Positions 38,500 to 47,776 of a stretch of 64,000 bases of DNA are shown piece by piece; position 1 is the stretch's first letter, and each line of letters opens with the position of its first letter. The notes below the pieces were generated by a model. The model did no database searches, had not been told where the DNA came from, and saw only the letters and a program-made list of their open reading frames with translations. The stretch spans positions 2,903 through 66,902 of the forward strand of contig JAFQUH010000006.1 of NCBI GenBank assembly GCA_017408635.1. The letters run 5' to 3'. This DNA is from Ruminiclostridium sp. Its GTDB lineage: Bacteria > Bacillota > Clostridia > Oscillospirales > Ruminococcaceae. The translations under genes and the position numbers were made by a program.

Positions 38500-38821
38500 A
38501 TATCTTGTTTATTAAGTAATTAATGAAATAATTAGCTAATAAAATTTCACGAATTTTATTGTGCAATTTTAACAATCTTTTCAAAAAGGCTAAAAACGAT
38601 TACATTTCACAGGTCGGAAAATTCCTTGTAACTGGAAATCGTTTACACAGAAAATAGAATTTTTTGCGACAAAAATCGCAAGATATTGTGTTAACTGAAT
38701 ATTAACTTGACTTTTTTTACAAAAATCAGACCTTGATTTTGTCAAAATTGCCGAAGAGGTTTTTGTTAGAAAACACACATATTTAAGAGAGTGAACATTG
38801 GTGAAAACTACCTTGTTTTTC

Positions 38822-38850
38822 TTGACAGTCGAGCGAAAATTTGTTATAAT
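38822..38850 (+). promoter_or_regulatory. consensus sigma-A promoter of the 11-gene ABC-like locus
   Basis: TTGACA-17 nt-TATAAT (perfect), followed by a ~160-nt leader with a long imperfect stem-loop (38895-38945). Confidence 0.7.
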
Positions 38851-39014
38851 TAGTGTGTTATAGACTCTTTATGCGTTTTGTGTATTTCATCTAAAAGCAA
38901 TATGAATATACCGAAATAAATCGGGTGATATTGTACATATTGCTTAAATGCACGGGACATAGGAACAGCCTTGCCGCTTTTTGCGACAAGAACGGACAAG
39001 AGGAATTTTTACAT

Positions 39015-39716
39015 ATGGAAACGATTTTAAAAGCGGTCAATATCACACGCAGTTTTAAAATCAACGATAAGACTACTGTTCATGCCTTAAAGGACATCAA
39101 TCTCGAGGTAGAAAAGAACAAGCTGGTGGTTTTAAGAGGTCGTTCAGGCTCGGGTAAGACCACGCTTATAAACATCCTAGGAGCATTGGACCGCCCCACC
39201 TCGGGCGAGGTTATCTTTGACGGAAAGACCATCACGGGACTTTCCGACGTAGGTATGGATAAGCTGAGAAGAAAGGAAATGTCCTTTGTATTCCAGTCGG
39301 TAGCGCTTATCCCGACAATGACTGCGTACGAAAACGTTGAGTTTGCAATGAGACTTACCGGCGCACCCTACTCCGAAAGAGTAAAGAGAGCGAAGGAATG
39401 TCTTATCAGAGTCGGACTTGAAAAGAGAATGCACCACAGACCGGGCGAGCTTTCAGGCGGTGAGCAGCAGAGAGTTGCCATAGCGAGAGCTATTGCAAAC
39501 AAGCCGAAGCTGATCTTTGCGGATGAGCCTACGGCGGCGCTGGATACACCCACGGGACTTGCGGTAATGAATCTCTTCAAGGAGCTTGTACGCTCTGACG
39601 GACTCACGATAGTAATGACGACACACGATACGGCAATGATGGATCTGTGCGATGTTGTTTACACCCTTGACGACGGCGTTATAACCGACGTAAAGGTAAA
39701 CGAAGAGGAAGGCTGA
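39015..39716 (+). CDS. ABC transporter ATP-binding protein, LolD/MacB/FtsE-like clade (ATPase 1)
   Basis: I moved the start to ATG 39015 (METILKAVNITRSF, AGAGGA SD). Motifs are GRSGSGKTT, LSGGEQQRVAIARA and LIFADEPTAALD. Confidence 0.9.
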   Translation: METILKAVNITRSFKINDKTTVHALKDINLEVEKNKLVVLRGRSGSGKTTLINILGALDRPTSGEVIFDGKTITGLSDVGMDKLRRKEMSFVFQSVALIPTMTAYENVEFAMRLTGAPYSERVKRAKECLIRVGLEKRMHHRPGELSGGEQQRVAIARAIANKPKLIFADEPTAALDTPTGLAVMNLFKELVRSDGLTIVMTTHDTAMMDLCDVVYTLDDGVITDVKVNEEEG

Positions 39717-39785
39717 TAAGGTTTTCCCGATAAAAAGTAATCGTTATCTCACAACAACACACAGATGCAGAAAGGAAGGTATCGT

Positions 39786-40748
39786 ATGCCACAAAGAGTA
39801 ATGCTTGCACCACCCGAAAACGTAATGGTGCAATGCGAAAATTTAGTTAAGATCTACAAGACGACGGACGTTGAAGTAATGGCTCTGCAGGGACTTGACC
39901 TTACGGTTGAACGAGGCGAGCTTATGGGCATAGTAGGTGCCAGCGGTAGTGGTAAATCCACCCTTCTCAATATGCTGGGCGCCCTTGATAAGCCTTCGGC
40001 GGGCAGTCTTTATGTAGATGGAAAGGATCTTCTGAAATTCGATGAAGAGGATCTGATAAAATACAAGAGAGAAACGGTAGGCTTCGTATGGCAGAACAAC
40101 GCCAGAAACCTTATTCCGTATCTGTCGGCTATTCAGAACGTCGAAATGCCCCTGCTTTTATCGGGACATAAAAATCGACACGAGAGAGCGACGGAGCTTC
40201 TCGAAATGGTAGGACTCGGAGCAAGAAAGAACTCCCTTTTAGGACAGCTTTCAGGCGGTGAGCAACAGCGAGTTGCCATAGCCATTGCTCTTTCCAATAA
40301 TCCAAGCCTGTTGCTTGCCGACGAGCCTACGGGTGCCGTAGACACCAAGACAGCGGCAATGGTGCTGGACGTGTTCAGAGATCTGAACAGACAGATGGGC
40401 GTTACGATAATCATCGTAACCCACGACACAAATCTTTCAAAGTCCATCGACCGAGTGGATGCGATAAGAGATGGCAGAACCTCCAGCGAAATGCTGAGAA
40501 GACCTGCTGCAAACCTCTCCTTCGACGAGCTGCAGAAGATGAACGAACAGCAGCGTGCCGAACACGAGGCTCTGATGAAAGCGAAGAGCGAACAGGAAGA
40601 GCTGGTCGTTATCGACCGTGCAGGCAGACTGCAGATTCCCAAAGAATATCTTGAAGCCCTTGGTATCAGGGGCGGAGATAAGGTGAGGGTAGAGCTGGAG
40701 GACGGAAGAATCTCCGTTTACAACTCCGACTTCAACCAGCGCCGATAA
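39786..40748 (+). CDS. ABC transporter ATP-binding protein, LolD/MacB-like clade, with C-terminal SpoVT/AbrB-like domain (ATPase 2)
   Basis: I prefer the start at ATG 39786 (AGGAAGG SD). Motifs are GASGSGKST and LSGGEQQRVAIAIA. The tail is ...VVIDRAGRLQIPKEYLEALGIRGGDKVRVELEDGRISV. Confidence 0.88.
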   Translation: MPQRVMLAPPENVMVQCENLVKIYKTTDVEVMALQGLDLTVERGELMGIVGASGSGKSTLLNMLGALDKPSAGSLYVDGKDLLKFDEEDLIKYKRETVGFVWQNNARNLIPYLSAIQNVEMPLLLSGHKNRHERATELLEMVGLGARKNSLLGQLSGGEQQRVAIAIALSNNPSLLLADEPTGAVDTKTAAMVLDVFRDLNRQMGVTIIIVTHDTNLSKSIDRVDAIRDGRTSSEMLRRPAANLSFDELQKMNEQQRAEHEALMKAKSEQEELVVIDRAGRLQIPKEYLEALGIRGGDKVRVELEDGRISVYNSDFNQRR

Positions 40749-40818
40749 ATATCCTTAATAGGTCGAATATTCTTCGATTAAGCATAAAAAGTAATTTTTC
40801 AGAAAGGTGGATTTAACT

Positions 40819-43800
40819 GTGGCAATCAGAACGAGCAGGACGAAACGAATAATCGCAGGAATGCTTTCAGCGACAACTATCATGTCATCGGTTATCATTT
40901 CAGTTCCCGCGGCAAGTGCAGAAGAAACACAGTCCGGCACTACAACAACAGGCTCATCGGTGTCCTCTATCGAAATAGCAGGTATCGATGGCAAGTACAG
41001 CAAGTACTACAATGATTATCTGAATCAGGGCGTTAAAAAGCCTGATAAGGAAATCACCATCTATGCGTCCGACTATACAGGCGGCTCAATAGACGGAGAA
41101 GCATTCCAGAAGGGAGCAACAGACGAGGCTATCACAAATGCGGTAGAAACCATCAAGGATAGCAACGGCTTCCAGAATCTCAAGAACTTTTTAGCAGAAA
41201 ATACAGAGCTTGAAACAAGCAAGTATGAAACTATCAAGTGGAAGGACGATAAGCTCACACTTACCTACAAGTTTACGGTAGCAGAAACAGGTCTTTACAA
41301 TTTAGAGGCTATCTACTATCCCATTTCAGGTAAGGAAACCTCCAATACCGTACTTGATATCGGTCTTAAGCTTGACGGCGAATATCCCTTCACAGCGGCA
41401 AAGGACTTAACCCTCGACCGTTACTGGAAGGATGAATCCGAAATCAAGCGTGACGGTAAGGACAACGACCTCCGCCCCGGTCAGATTACCTATGACTGCT
41501 GGGTAAAGTATCCTATCAAGGATAAGGAAGGTCTTTACAACGATCCTTATTTCTTCTATCTTGAAAAGGGCGAGCACACTCTTGAAATCGAAGGCATCAG
41601 AACCTATGGTGTTTTCCACTCCTTCACCTTCAAGAACTATGACGAGCTTCCCTCCTACGAAAGCATCAAGCCTTCTGAAGAAGACATCCAGAATACACCT
41701 GCTCTTACATCCAAGAACGAAGAACTCGGTTCAAACACCATCTTCCTTCAGGCTGAAGAGCCTCTGTACAAAACAGCATCCACTCTTTATGCTACATACG
41801 ACAGAACAACATATATGACAAATCCCAGCCATCCTACAAAGCAGAGATACAACACAGTAGGTCAGGCTACCTGGAATAAGTCAACACAGGCAATCACATA
41901 CAGCTTCAAGGTTGAAAATGACGGTTATTACCGCTTCAACTTCAAGGCAAGACAGAATCAGATGCGTGGCTTCTTCTCCAACAGAAGAATCTACATCGAC
42001 GGCAAGGTTCCCTGCAAGGAGCTTGATGACGTACAGTTCGTATACTCACCCGACTGGCAGGCAGTAACTCCCAAGGATGAGGCAGGCAACGACATCTACC
42101 TCTTCTTAAAGGCAGGCGTTGAGCACACCATCACAATGGAAGCCATCCCCGGCTCTATCGGTGCGGTTATGCAGAGACTTGACGACCTGGTATTAGAGCT
42201 TAACCAGTACTATAGAAGAATACTCATGATCACAGGTCCTAAGCCTGATGAATTCAACGACTACTTCGTAGAAAAGAAGATCCCCGATCTTATCCCCGCC
42301 TTTGAAAGAATCGTAAAGAGCCTCCGTGCAGAGAAGGAAGGCATCGAAAAGCTCACAAAGAAGGGCTCCGAAGCCGCTGCTCTTGAAACAATGGCTATTT
42401 ACCTTGAAAAATGTATCAAGGATAAGGAAGATATTCCGATAATGGCGGCAAGCATCAAGGATAGTATCTCCTCCGTATCTGCCTGGATGCGTGACTACAG
42501 AGATCAGCCCTTAGAGCTTGACTACCTCGAAATCGCAACCTGCCACGAGAGCTTCTCCGCTCCTCAGGGCAATTTCTTCAGCGAATTCTTATTCGGCTTC
42601 AACTCCTTCATCGGTTCATTCTTTGAAGACTACACAGTTCTTTCCGACTCCAGTGCTACCTCACTTGACGTATGGGTATCCCTCGCACGTGACCAGGCAA
42701 CAGTAGTTAAGAACCTGGTTGACAACAAGTTCAACTCCAACCCCAAATTCAATGGCACACAGGCTTCTATCAACCTTGTACAAGGCTCTATCCTCGAAGC
42801 TACTCTCGCAGGTAAGGGACCCGAAATCGCCCTCTTCATCGGCGGTGACTTCCCCATTCAGCTTGCGGCAAGAGGACTTCTCGTAGACGTAACACAGTTC
42901 AAGGACTATGAAGAAGTAACAAAGAGATTTGCGGATGACGCAATGACACTTTATGAATACAACGACGGTACAAAGACAGGCGTATACGGACTTCCTGTTT
43001 CACAGAACTTCCCGATGCTGTTCTACCGTACCGACGTTCTCGAAGAGCTTGGCTTTGAAGGACCTCCGAAAACCTGGGATGAGCTTATCGAAATGCTCCC
43101 CACACTTCAGAGAAAGTACCTCGACGTAGGTCTTATCCTTCCCCAGAACATCTCTTCCAACACCTTTGACTTAGGTAACACCTTTGTAATGCTTATGCTT
43201 CAGTCCGGTCAGGATCTTTACAACGAAGACCTTTACACGACCGACTACAGCCAGATAAAGACATCAGACATCAAGAGTCTGAATCTTACAAACTTTATGA
43301 CTCAGGATTCTATCAAGGTATTTGAAAAGTGGACAAAGTTCTACACAGTATTCAGCTTTGATCAGACCTTCGACGCATTCTCAAGATTCAGAACAGGCGA
43401 AATGCCTCTCGTAATTCAGGCATATACGTTCTATAACCAGTTATCAGTTGCCGCACCCGAAATCAAGGGTCTTTGGGACTTCACAGTAGTTCCCGGCACA
43501 GTAAGAGCTGACGGTACAATAAGCCACGCAGCAAACTCTGCAGGCGCAGGCGCAGTTATCTTCAATAAGGTTTCCAATCAGGCAGCTGCCTGGGAATTTG
43601 TTAAGTGGTTTACCGAAACAGATACTCAGATAGACTACGGTAAGCAGATCGAAGCACTTATGGGTCCTATGGGACGTTTCGATACCGCTAACGTAGACGC
43701 TCTCGACCAGCTTCCCTGGTCAACAGAGGAATACGAAAAGATAAGCACTCAGCAGGCTGAGCTTCGTGAAGTACCGATCATTCCCGCTTCATACGCAGTA

Positions 43801-43935
43801 ACAAGACACGTTAACAACGCATTCAGAATGGTAGTTAACGACGCAGGAAATCCCAGATACACTCTTATGAGCTACAACGATCAGATCAAGTCTGAAATCG
43901 TTCGTAAGTATCAGGAGCTTTCCAGCATGAAGTAA
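40819..43935 (+). CDS. giant membrane-anchored extracellular solute-binding protein (N-terminal duplicated beta-sandwich/CBM-like region + family-1 SBP domain)
   Basis: I prefer the GTG 40819 start (AAAGGTGG SD 8 nt upstream; the track gives 40807). Features are an N-terminal hydrophobic anchor and two related segments (YKFTVAETGLYNLEAIYYP / YSFKVENDGYYRFNFKAR). The C-terminal ~450 aa are SBP_bac_1-like. Confidence 0.8.
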   Translation: MAIRTSRTKRIIAGMLSATTIMSSVIISVPAASAEETQSGTTTTGSSVSSIEIAGIDGKYSKYYNDYLNQGVKKPDKEITIYASDYTGGSIDGEAFQKGATDEAITNAVETIKDSNGFQNLKNFLAENTELETSKYETIKWKDDKLTLTYKFTVAETGLYNLEAIYYPISGKETSNTVLDIGLKLDGEYPFTAAKDLTLDRYWKDESEIKRDGKDNDLRPGQITYDCWVKYPIKDKEGLYNDPYFFYLEKGEHTLEIEGIRTYGVFHSFTFKNYDELPSYESIKPSEEDIQNTPALTSKNEELGSNTIFLQAEEPLYKTASTLYATYDRTTYMTNPSHPTKQRYNTVGQATWNKSTQAITYSFKVENDGYYRFNFKARQNQMRGFFSNRRIYIDGKVPCKELDDVQFVYSPDWQAVTPKDEAGNDIYLFLKAGVEHTITMEAIPGSIGAVMQRLDDLVLELNQYYRRILMITGPKPDEFNDYFVEKKIPDLIPAFERIVKSLRAEKEGIEKLTKKGSEAAALETMAIYLEKCIKDKEDIPIMAASIKDSISSVSAWMRDYRDQPLELDYLEIATCHESFSAPQGNFFSEFLFGFNSFIGSFFEDYTVLSDSSATSLDVWVSLARDQATVVKNLVDNKFNSNPKFNGTQASINLVQGSILEATLAGKGPEIALFIGGDFPIQLAARGLLVDVTQFKDYEEVTKRFADDAMTLYEYNDGTKTGVYGLPVSQNFPMLFYRTDVLEELGFEGPPKTWDELIEMLPTLQRKYLDVGLILPQNISSNTFDLGNTFVMLMLQSGQDLYNEDLYTTDYSQIKTSDIKSLNLTNFMTQDSIKVFEKWTKFYTVFSFDQTFDAFSRFRTGEMPLVIQAYTFYNQLSVAAPEIKGLWDFTVVPGTVRADGTISHAANSAGAGAVIFNKVSNQAAAWEFVKWFTETDTQIDYGKQIEALMGPMGRFDTANVDALDQLPWSTEEYEKISTQQAELREVPIIPASYAVTRHVNNAFRMVVNDAGNPRYTLMSYNDQIKSEIVRKYQELSSMK

Positions 43936-43952
43936 AATACTGATTTTAAAAC

Positions 43953-43978
43953 GGAGAAGAGGGGACTCCCCTCTCTCC
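43953..43978 (+). other. stem-loop between the SBP gene and the permease genes (no T-run; likely mRNA stabiliser/partial attenuator)
   Basis: GGAGAAGAGGGG-act-CCCCTCTCTCC. Confidence 0.5.
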
Positions 43979-44003
43979 TATAAATACTGAGGAGGTTATC
44001 GGT

Positions 44004-44939
44004 TTGTTCAACAAAGATAAATCGCAGTATATCGAAGATAATAAGTTCAGATATACTCTGCGTGAGATGAAGAAGAACAGCAGCGTTTATCTGCTGATGG
44101 CACCTTACTTTATTCTCTTTACAATATTCACAGTTATACCGGTTATACTCGCTTTGCCTATGGGCTTTACGAATTTTAACATGGTACAGTTCCCACAGTT
44201 TGTAGGACTTAACAATTTCTATGCACTTATCCTTGAGGACGAGGTATTCTTAACAGCTATCCAGAACACTCTGGTATTCGCTATTATCACAGGTCCTTTA
44301 AGTTATGTACTCTGCTTTATCCTCGCGTGGCTCATCAACGAAATGCCCAGAGCGTTAAAGACAGTATTCACATTCATTTTCTATGCACCCACTCTTGCAG
44401 GTAACATCTACACCACATGGCAGCTCATCTTCTCAGGTGACACCTACGGTATCGCAAACTCTTATCTGCTTGACTTAGGTATCATCAACAGTGCTCGTCA
44501 GTGGCTGACAGACGCTAACTACATCATGGGTGTAGTTATTATAGTACAGCTCTGGATTTCACTGGGTGCAGGCTTCCTTGCTCTTCGTGCAGGTCTTCAG
44601 GGTATCCCCAAGGACAGATACGAGGCAGGTGCTATCGAAGGTATCAAGAACCGCACACAGCAGCTTCTGCTCGTTACAGTACCCGCTATGGGTCCCCAGC
44701 TCCTGTTCGCAGCGGTTATGCAGATTACAGCATCCTTCACAGCAGGTGACGTTGGCCGTTTCTTAACAGCCTTCCCGAGTACAGACTACGCAGCACACAC
44801 AATTATGACTCACGCCTTCGACTACGGTTCAATCCGTTACGAAATGGGTTATTCATCAGCAATATGCTTCGTACTGTTCGCAGTAATGCTTCTTGCCAAC
44901 TGGGCCATCAAAAAGCTCCTGGGCAAGTATCTCGACTAA
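44004..44939 (+). CDS. carbohydrate-type ABC permease (MalF-like), pair 1
   Basis: TTG start after GAGGAGG. 6 TM segments. EAA-like loop ...YEAGAIEGIKNRTQQLLLVTVP... Confidence 0.88.
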   Translation: MFNKDKSQYIEDNKFRYTLREMKKNSSVYLLMAPYFILFTIFTVIPVILALPMGFTNFNMVQFPQFVGLNNFYALILEDEVFLTAIQNTLVFAIITGPLSYVLCFILAWLINEMPRALKTVFTFIFYAPTLAGNIYTTWQLIFSGDTYGIANSYLLDLGIINSARQWLTDANYIMGVVIIVQLWISLGAGFLALRAGLQGIPKDRYEAGAIEGIKNRTQQLLLVTVPAMGPQLLFAAVMQITASFTAGDVGRFLTAFPSTDYAAHTIMTHAFDYGSIRYEMGYSSAICFVLFAVMLLANWAIKKLLGKYLD

Positions 44940-44983
44940 TCCGGAGAACGTAAGAACACGTTTTTCAAGAAAGGAAGGAAGTT

Positions 44984-45847
44984 ATGAAAATAGCTAAGAA
45001 GGGAAGAAAAAGATACGGCGGCTCCCTCGGCGGCGATATATTCATATTCGTTCTGCTGACTCTGCTCGGTCTTTTCATGCTTTTCCCTATTTATCTCTCA
45101 ATTATACAGTCGTTAAATCCGGTTGAAGAAATATTACTCTTCCCGCCACGTCTGTACGTATCAAATATCACAGATCAGAACTTCGCAGACCTGCTCGCTA
45201 CGGCGTCAAACATGTGGGTTCCATTCTCAAGATATATCTTCAACTCTGTATTCGTATCAGTAGTTGTAACAGTTACACAGCTGCTCTTTGCGTCATCTGC
45301 GGCTTATGCCTTAGCAAAGGTTAAGTTCCCCGGCGTAAAGGCGATGAACAAGATTATCGAAACAGCTCTGCTGTTTACATCCACTGTAACCTACATCATG
45401 CAGTACATGGTAATGGCAACACTCGGTATGATCGATACATACTTCGCTATTATCCTCCCCTTTATCGCAACACCTATGGGACTCTTCCTCATGCGTCAGT
45501 TCATGGGACAGATACCCGACAGTATGATAGAGGCTGCAAAGCTGGATGGTGCAAGCCACATCAGAATCTGCTGGCAGGTTGTAATGCCCAACGTTAAGCC
45601 CGCTTGGCTTACACTTCTTATCTTCGCATTCCAGGGTGCTTGGCAGATCACAGGTTATTCATTTATCTATAATGAGGCATTAAAACCCATTCCGACCGTT
45701 ATGCAGCAGATAAGTGCAGCAGGTATCGCCCGTGCGGGTGTAGCTGCCGCCGCAGTTGTAATTACGATGCTGCCTCCTATGATAGTATTCTTATTCTGTC
45801 AGAGCAGCGTTATGGAAACAATGGCTCACAGCGGTCTTAAGGATTAA
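44984..45847 (+). CDS. carbohydrate-type ABC permease (MalG-like), pair 1
   Basis: EAA loop ...IEAAKLDGASHIRICWQVVMP...; 6 TM segments. Confidence 0.88.
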   Translation: MKIAKKGRKRYGGSLGGDIFIFVLLTLLGLFMLFPIYLSIIQSLNPVEEILLFPPRLYVSNITDQNFADLLATASNMWVPFSRYIFNSVFVSVVVTVTQLLFASSAAYALAKVKFPGVKAMNKIIETALLFTSTVTYIMQYMVMATLGMIDTYFAIILPFIATPMGLFLMRQFMGQIPDSMIEAAKLDGASHIRICWQVVMPNVKPAWLTLLIFAFQGAWQITGYSFIYNEALKPIPTVMQQISAAGIARAGVAAAAVVITMLPPMIVFLFCQSSVMETMAHSGLKD

Positions 45848-45881
45848 TTTGCTTTTAAATTATACAGAAAGGATGATTTTA

Positions 45882-47774
45882 GTGCCAAAGATGAAGAAAA
45901 TTGCTACAGCAGTTGTTTCATTTGTATTGGCGGCTTGCACTCTGGCAACTACAGCCTTCGCAGACCAGCCTTATGAAGGCTATAACTACGACTGGTGGGG
46001 CGATCCCGTTCCTTCCCAGACAGGCTACGTAGTAGACAGAGTAATCACAGGTCTTGATTTCAAGACAGGTGAACGCTACAATACCGAAGCACAGCTTAAG
46101 GAAATTGCTTCCGAGCATAATAAACAGTATTTTGCTTCACAGCAGGAAATTGACGATTATAAGGCAAAGCTTGCTGTATATCAGGCTTATGAAGATAAGC
46201 TGAATGAGTACGAAAAGTATGAAAAGGCTCTTGATAAATACAACACTTACCTTGAAAAACTCGCTGCCTATGAGCAGTATCAGAAGGATTTAGCTGATTA
46301 TGAGGCTAATCCCGACGGTAAGGAAAAGCCCAAGAAGGTTTCAAAGCCCAAGGAGGTTGAAAAGCCTGCCGAGGTTCAGAAGCCCGAGCCTGTAGAAGAG
46401 GTTAAGGAGCTGAAGGATGGCGATATCCTTATGAAGAATATCGATCTTAAATCCTTCAACGAGCCCTCCGACCTTTTCATTGACAGAGAAACACAGAACC
46501 TTTACATAGTAGACAGCGGTAACAACAGAATTCTTATTACCGACGTAAACTACGAAAAGGAAGTAATAGTTCTCGACTACTTCTACAATCCCAAGAAGGA
46601 TAAGTACGAAACTCTCAACAATCCTCACGGTATCTTTGTCCGTCACGTAAGAGATGAAGCAAAGGACGCAGATACGACAATGCTCTACATCGCAGACTAC
46701 GATAACAACCGTGTTCTCGGTGTATATGAAGATGGTACTGTATTCCAGGAGTTTACAAAGCCCTCCTCCGAATTCTATGAGGATAAGGTAACCTTCCAGC
46801 CCAACAAGGTAGTTGTTGACGTGGCAGGTAACGTATACGTAAACATCAAGTCCATCACAACCGGTGCGGTTATGTTCGCACCCGACGGTAGCTTCAGTAA
46901 CTACTTCGGTGCTAACCGTGTTGAACAGACAGCACAGGCTATCGCCAACAAGTTCTGGAAGACCATTTTAGACCGTGAAGCTGCCGCAGAATTCATTCAG
47001 GCAGTTCCTATGGAATTCTCAAACTTCGACATTGACGACGAAGGCTTTATCTACACAGTAACAGAATCAAAGTCAGCTACTACAGACGTATTCAAGAAGA
47101 TGAACCCTGCAGGTGAGAACATCCTCATCAACTTAGGCTTCTCCGATTACATCTACGGCGATATGATTTCTTACTACTGGAAGGGCGAAACCTTCGGCTC
47201 ACAGATCAACGACGTTGACATCGACGAGGATGGTACGATCAGACTTCTCGACTTCGGCAACGGCAGAATCTTTGAGTACACAGACGAATGCGACCTGCTG
47301 TTCATCTACGGCGGTAAGGGTAACCAGAAGGGCTTATTCACGTCAGTAAGAGCTATCGAAGCATACAACAACGTGGTATACGTTCTTGACTCCCGTAAGG
47401 CTTCCATCACAACCTTCAAGCGTACAGAGTTCGGTGACATCGTTCACGAGGCTATGGCATTATACACAGAAGGTAAGTACGAAGAAGCACGTGAGCCCTG
47501 GAATGAAGTATTAAGCCGTGACTCAAACTACTGGTTTGCATATATCGGTCTTGGTAATGCAGAGTTATCCCAGGGTAACTATAAGGAAGCTATGGACTAC
47601 TTCTACCGCAACAGCCGTCCCGGCTACAACAGAGCGTTCAAGCAGTTCCGTATGCAGTTTATCCGTGACAACTTCAACCTGTTTATGATAATCATCGCAG
47701 TTGTAATTGTTCTCGGTATCGTAATAAGTCAGCTCCTCAAAATGAGGAAGAAAAAGAAAGCGGGAGGTAAATAA
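45882..47774 (+). CDS. secreted NHL-repeat beta-propeller / TPR protein with Tyr-heptad + Pro/Lys stalk and C-terminal membrane anchor
   Basis: I prefer the GTG 45882 start (AAAGGA SD; the track gives 45849). The protein has:
- a signal peptide
- NHL-like blades (LYIVDSGNNRILITD, LYIADYDNNRVLGV, IRLLDFGNGRIFEY)
- a TPR-like segment EGKYEEAREPWNEVL...GNYKEAMDYF
- a terminal TM segment followed by KMRKKKK. Confidence 0.75.
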   Translation: MPKMKKIATAVVSFVLAACTLATTAFADQPYEGYNYDWWGDPVPSQTGYVVDRVITGLDFKTGERYNTEAQLKEIASEHNKQYFASQQEIDDYKAKLAVYQAYEDKLNEYEKYEKALDKYNTYLEKLAAYEQYQKDLADYEANPDGKEKPKKVSKPKEVEKPAEVQKPEPVEEVKELKDGDILMKNIDLKSFNEPSDLFIDRETQNLYIVDSGNNRILITDVNYEKEVIVLDYFYNPKKDKYETLNNPHGIFVRHVRDEAKDADTTMLYIADYDNNRVLGVYEDGTVFQEFTKPSSEFYEDKVTFQPNKVVVDVAGNVYVNIKSITTGAVMFAPDGSFSNYFGANRVEQTAQAIANKFWKTILDREAAAEFIQAVPMEFSNFDIDDEGFIYTVTESKSATTDVFKKMNPAGENILINLGFSDYIYGDMISYYWKGETFGSQINDVDIDEDGTIRLLDFGNGRIFEYTDECDLLFIYGGKGNQKGLFTSVRAIEAYNNVVYVLDSRKASITTFKRTEFGDIVHEAMALYTEGKYEEAREPWNEVLSRDSNYWFAYIGLGNAELSQGNYKEAMDYFYRNSRPGYNRAFKQFRMQFIRDNFNLFMIIIAVVIVLGIVISQLLKMRKKKKAGGK

Positions 47775-47776
47775 AT

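Noticed and set aside
38925-39014. The upstream extensions in the ORF track for ATPase 1 (38925). The same applies to 39765, 40807, 45849, 8474, 3347, 19893, 33946 and 62206.
   Set aside because: In each case an internal ATG/GTG has a proper SD at 6-10 nt. It also starts the conserved N terminus (P-loop or signal peptide) or removes an implausible overlap. I adjusted the coordinates in the feature list, and residual uncertainty in the starts remains.
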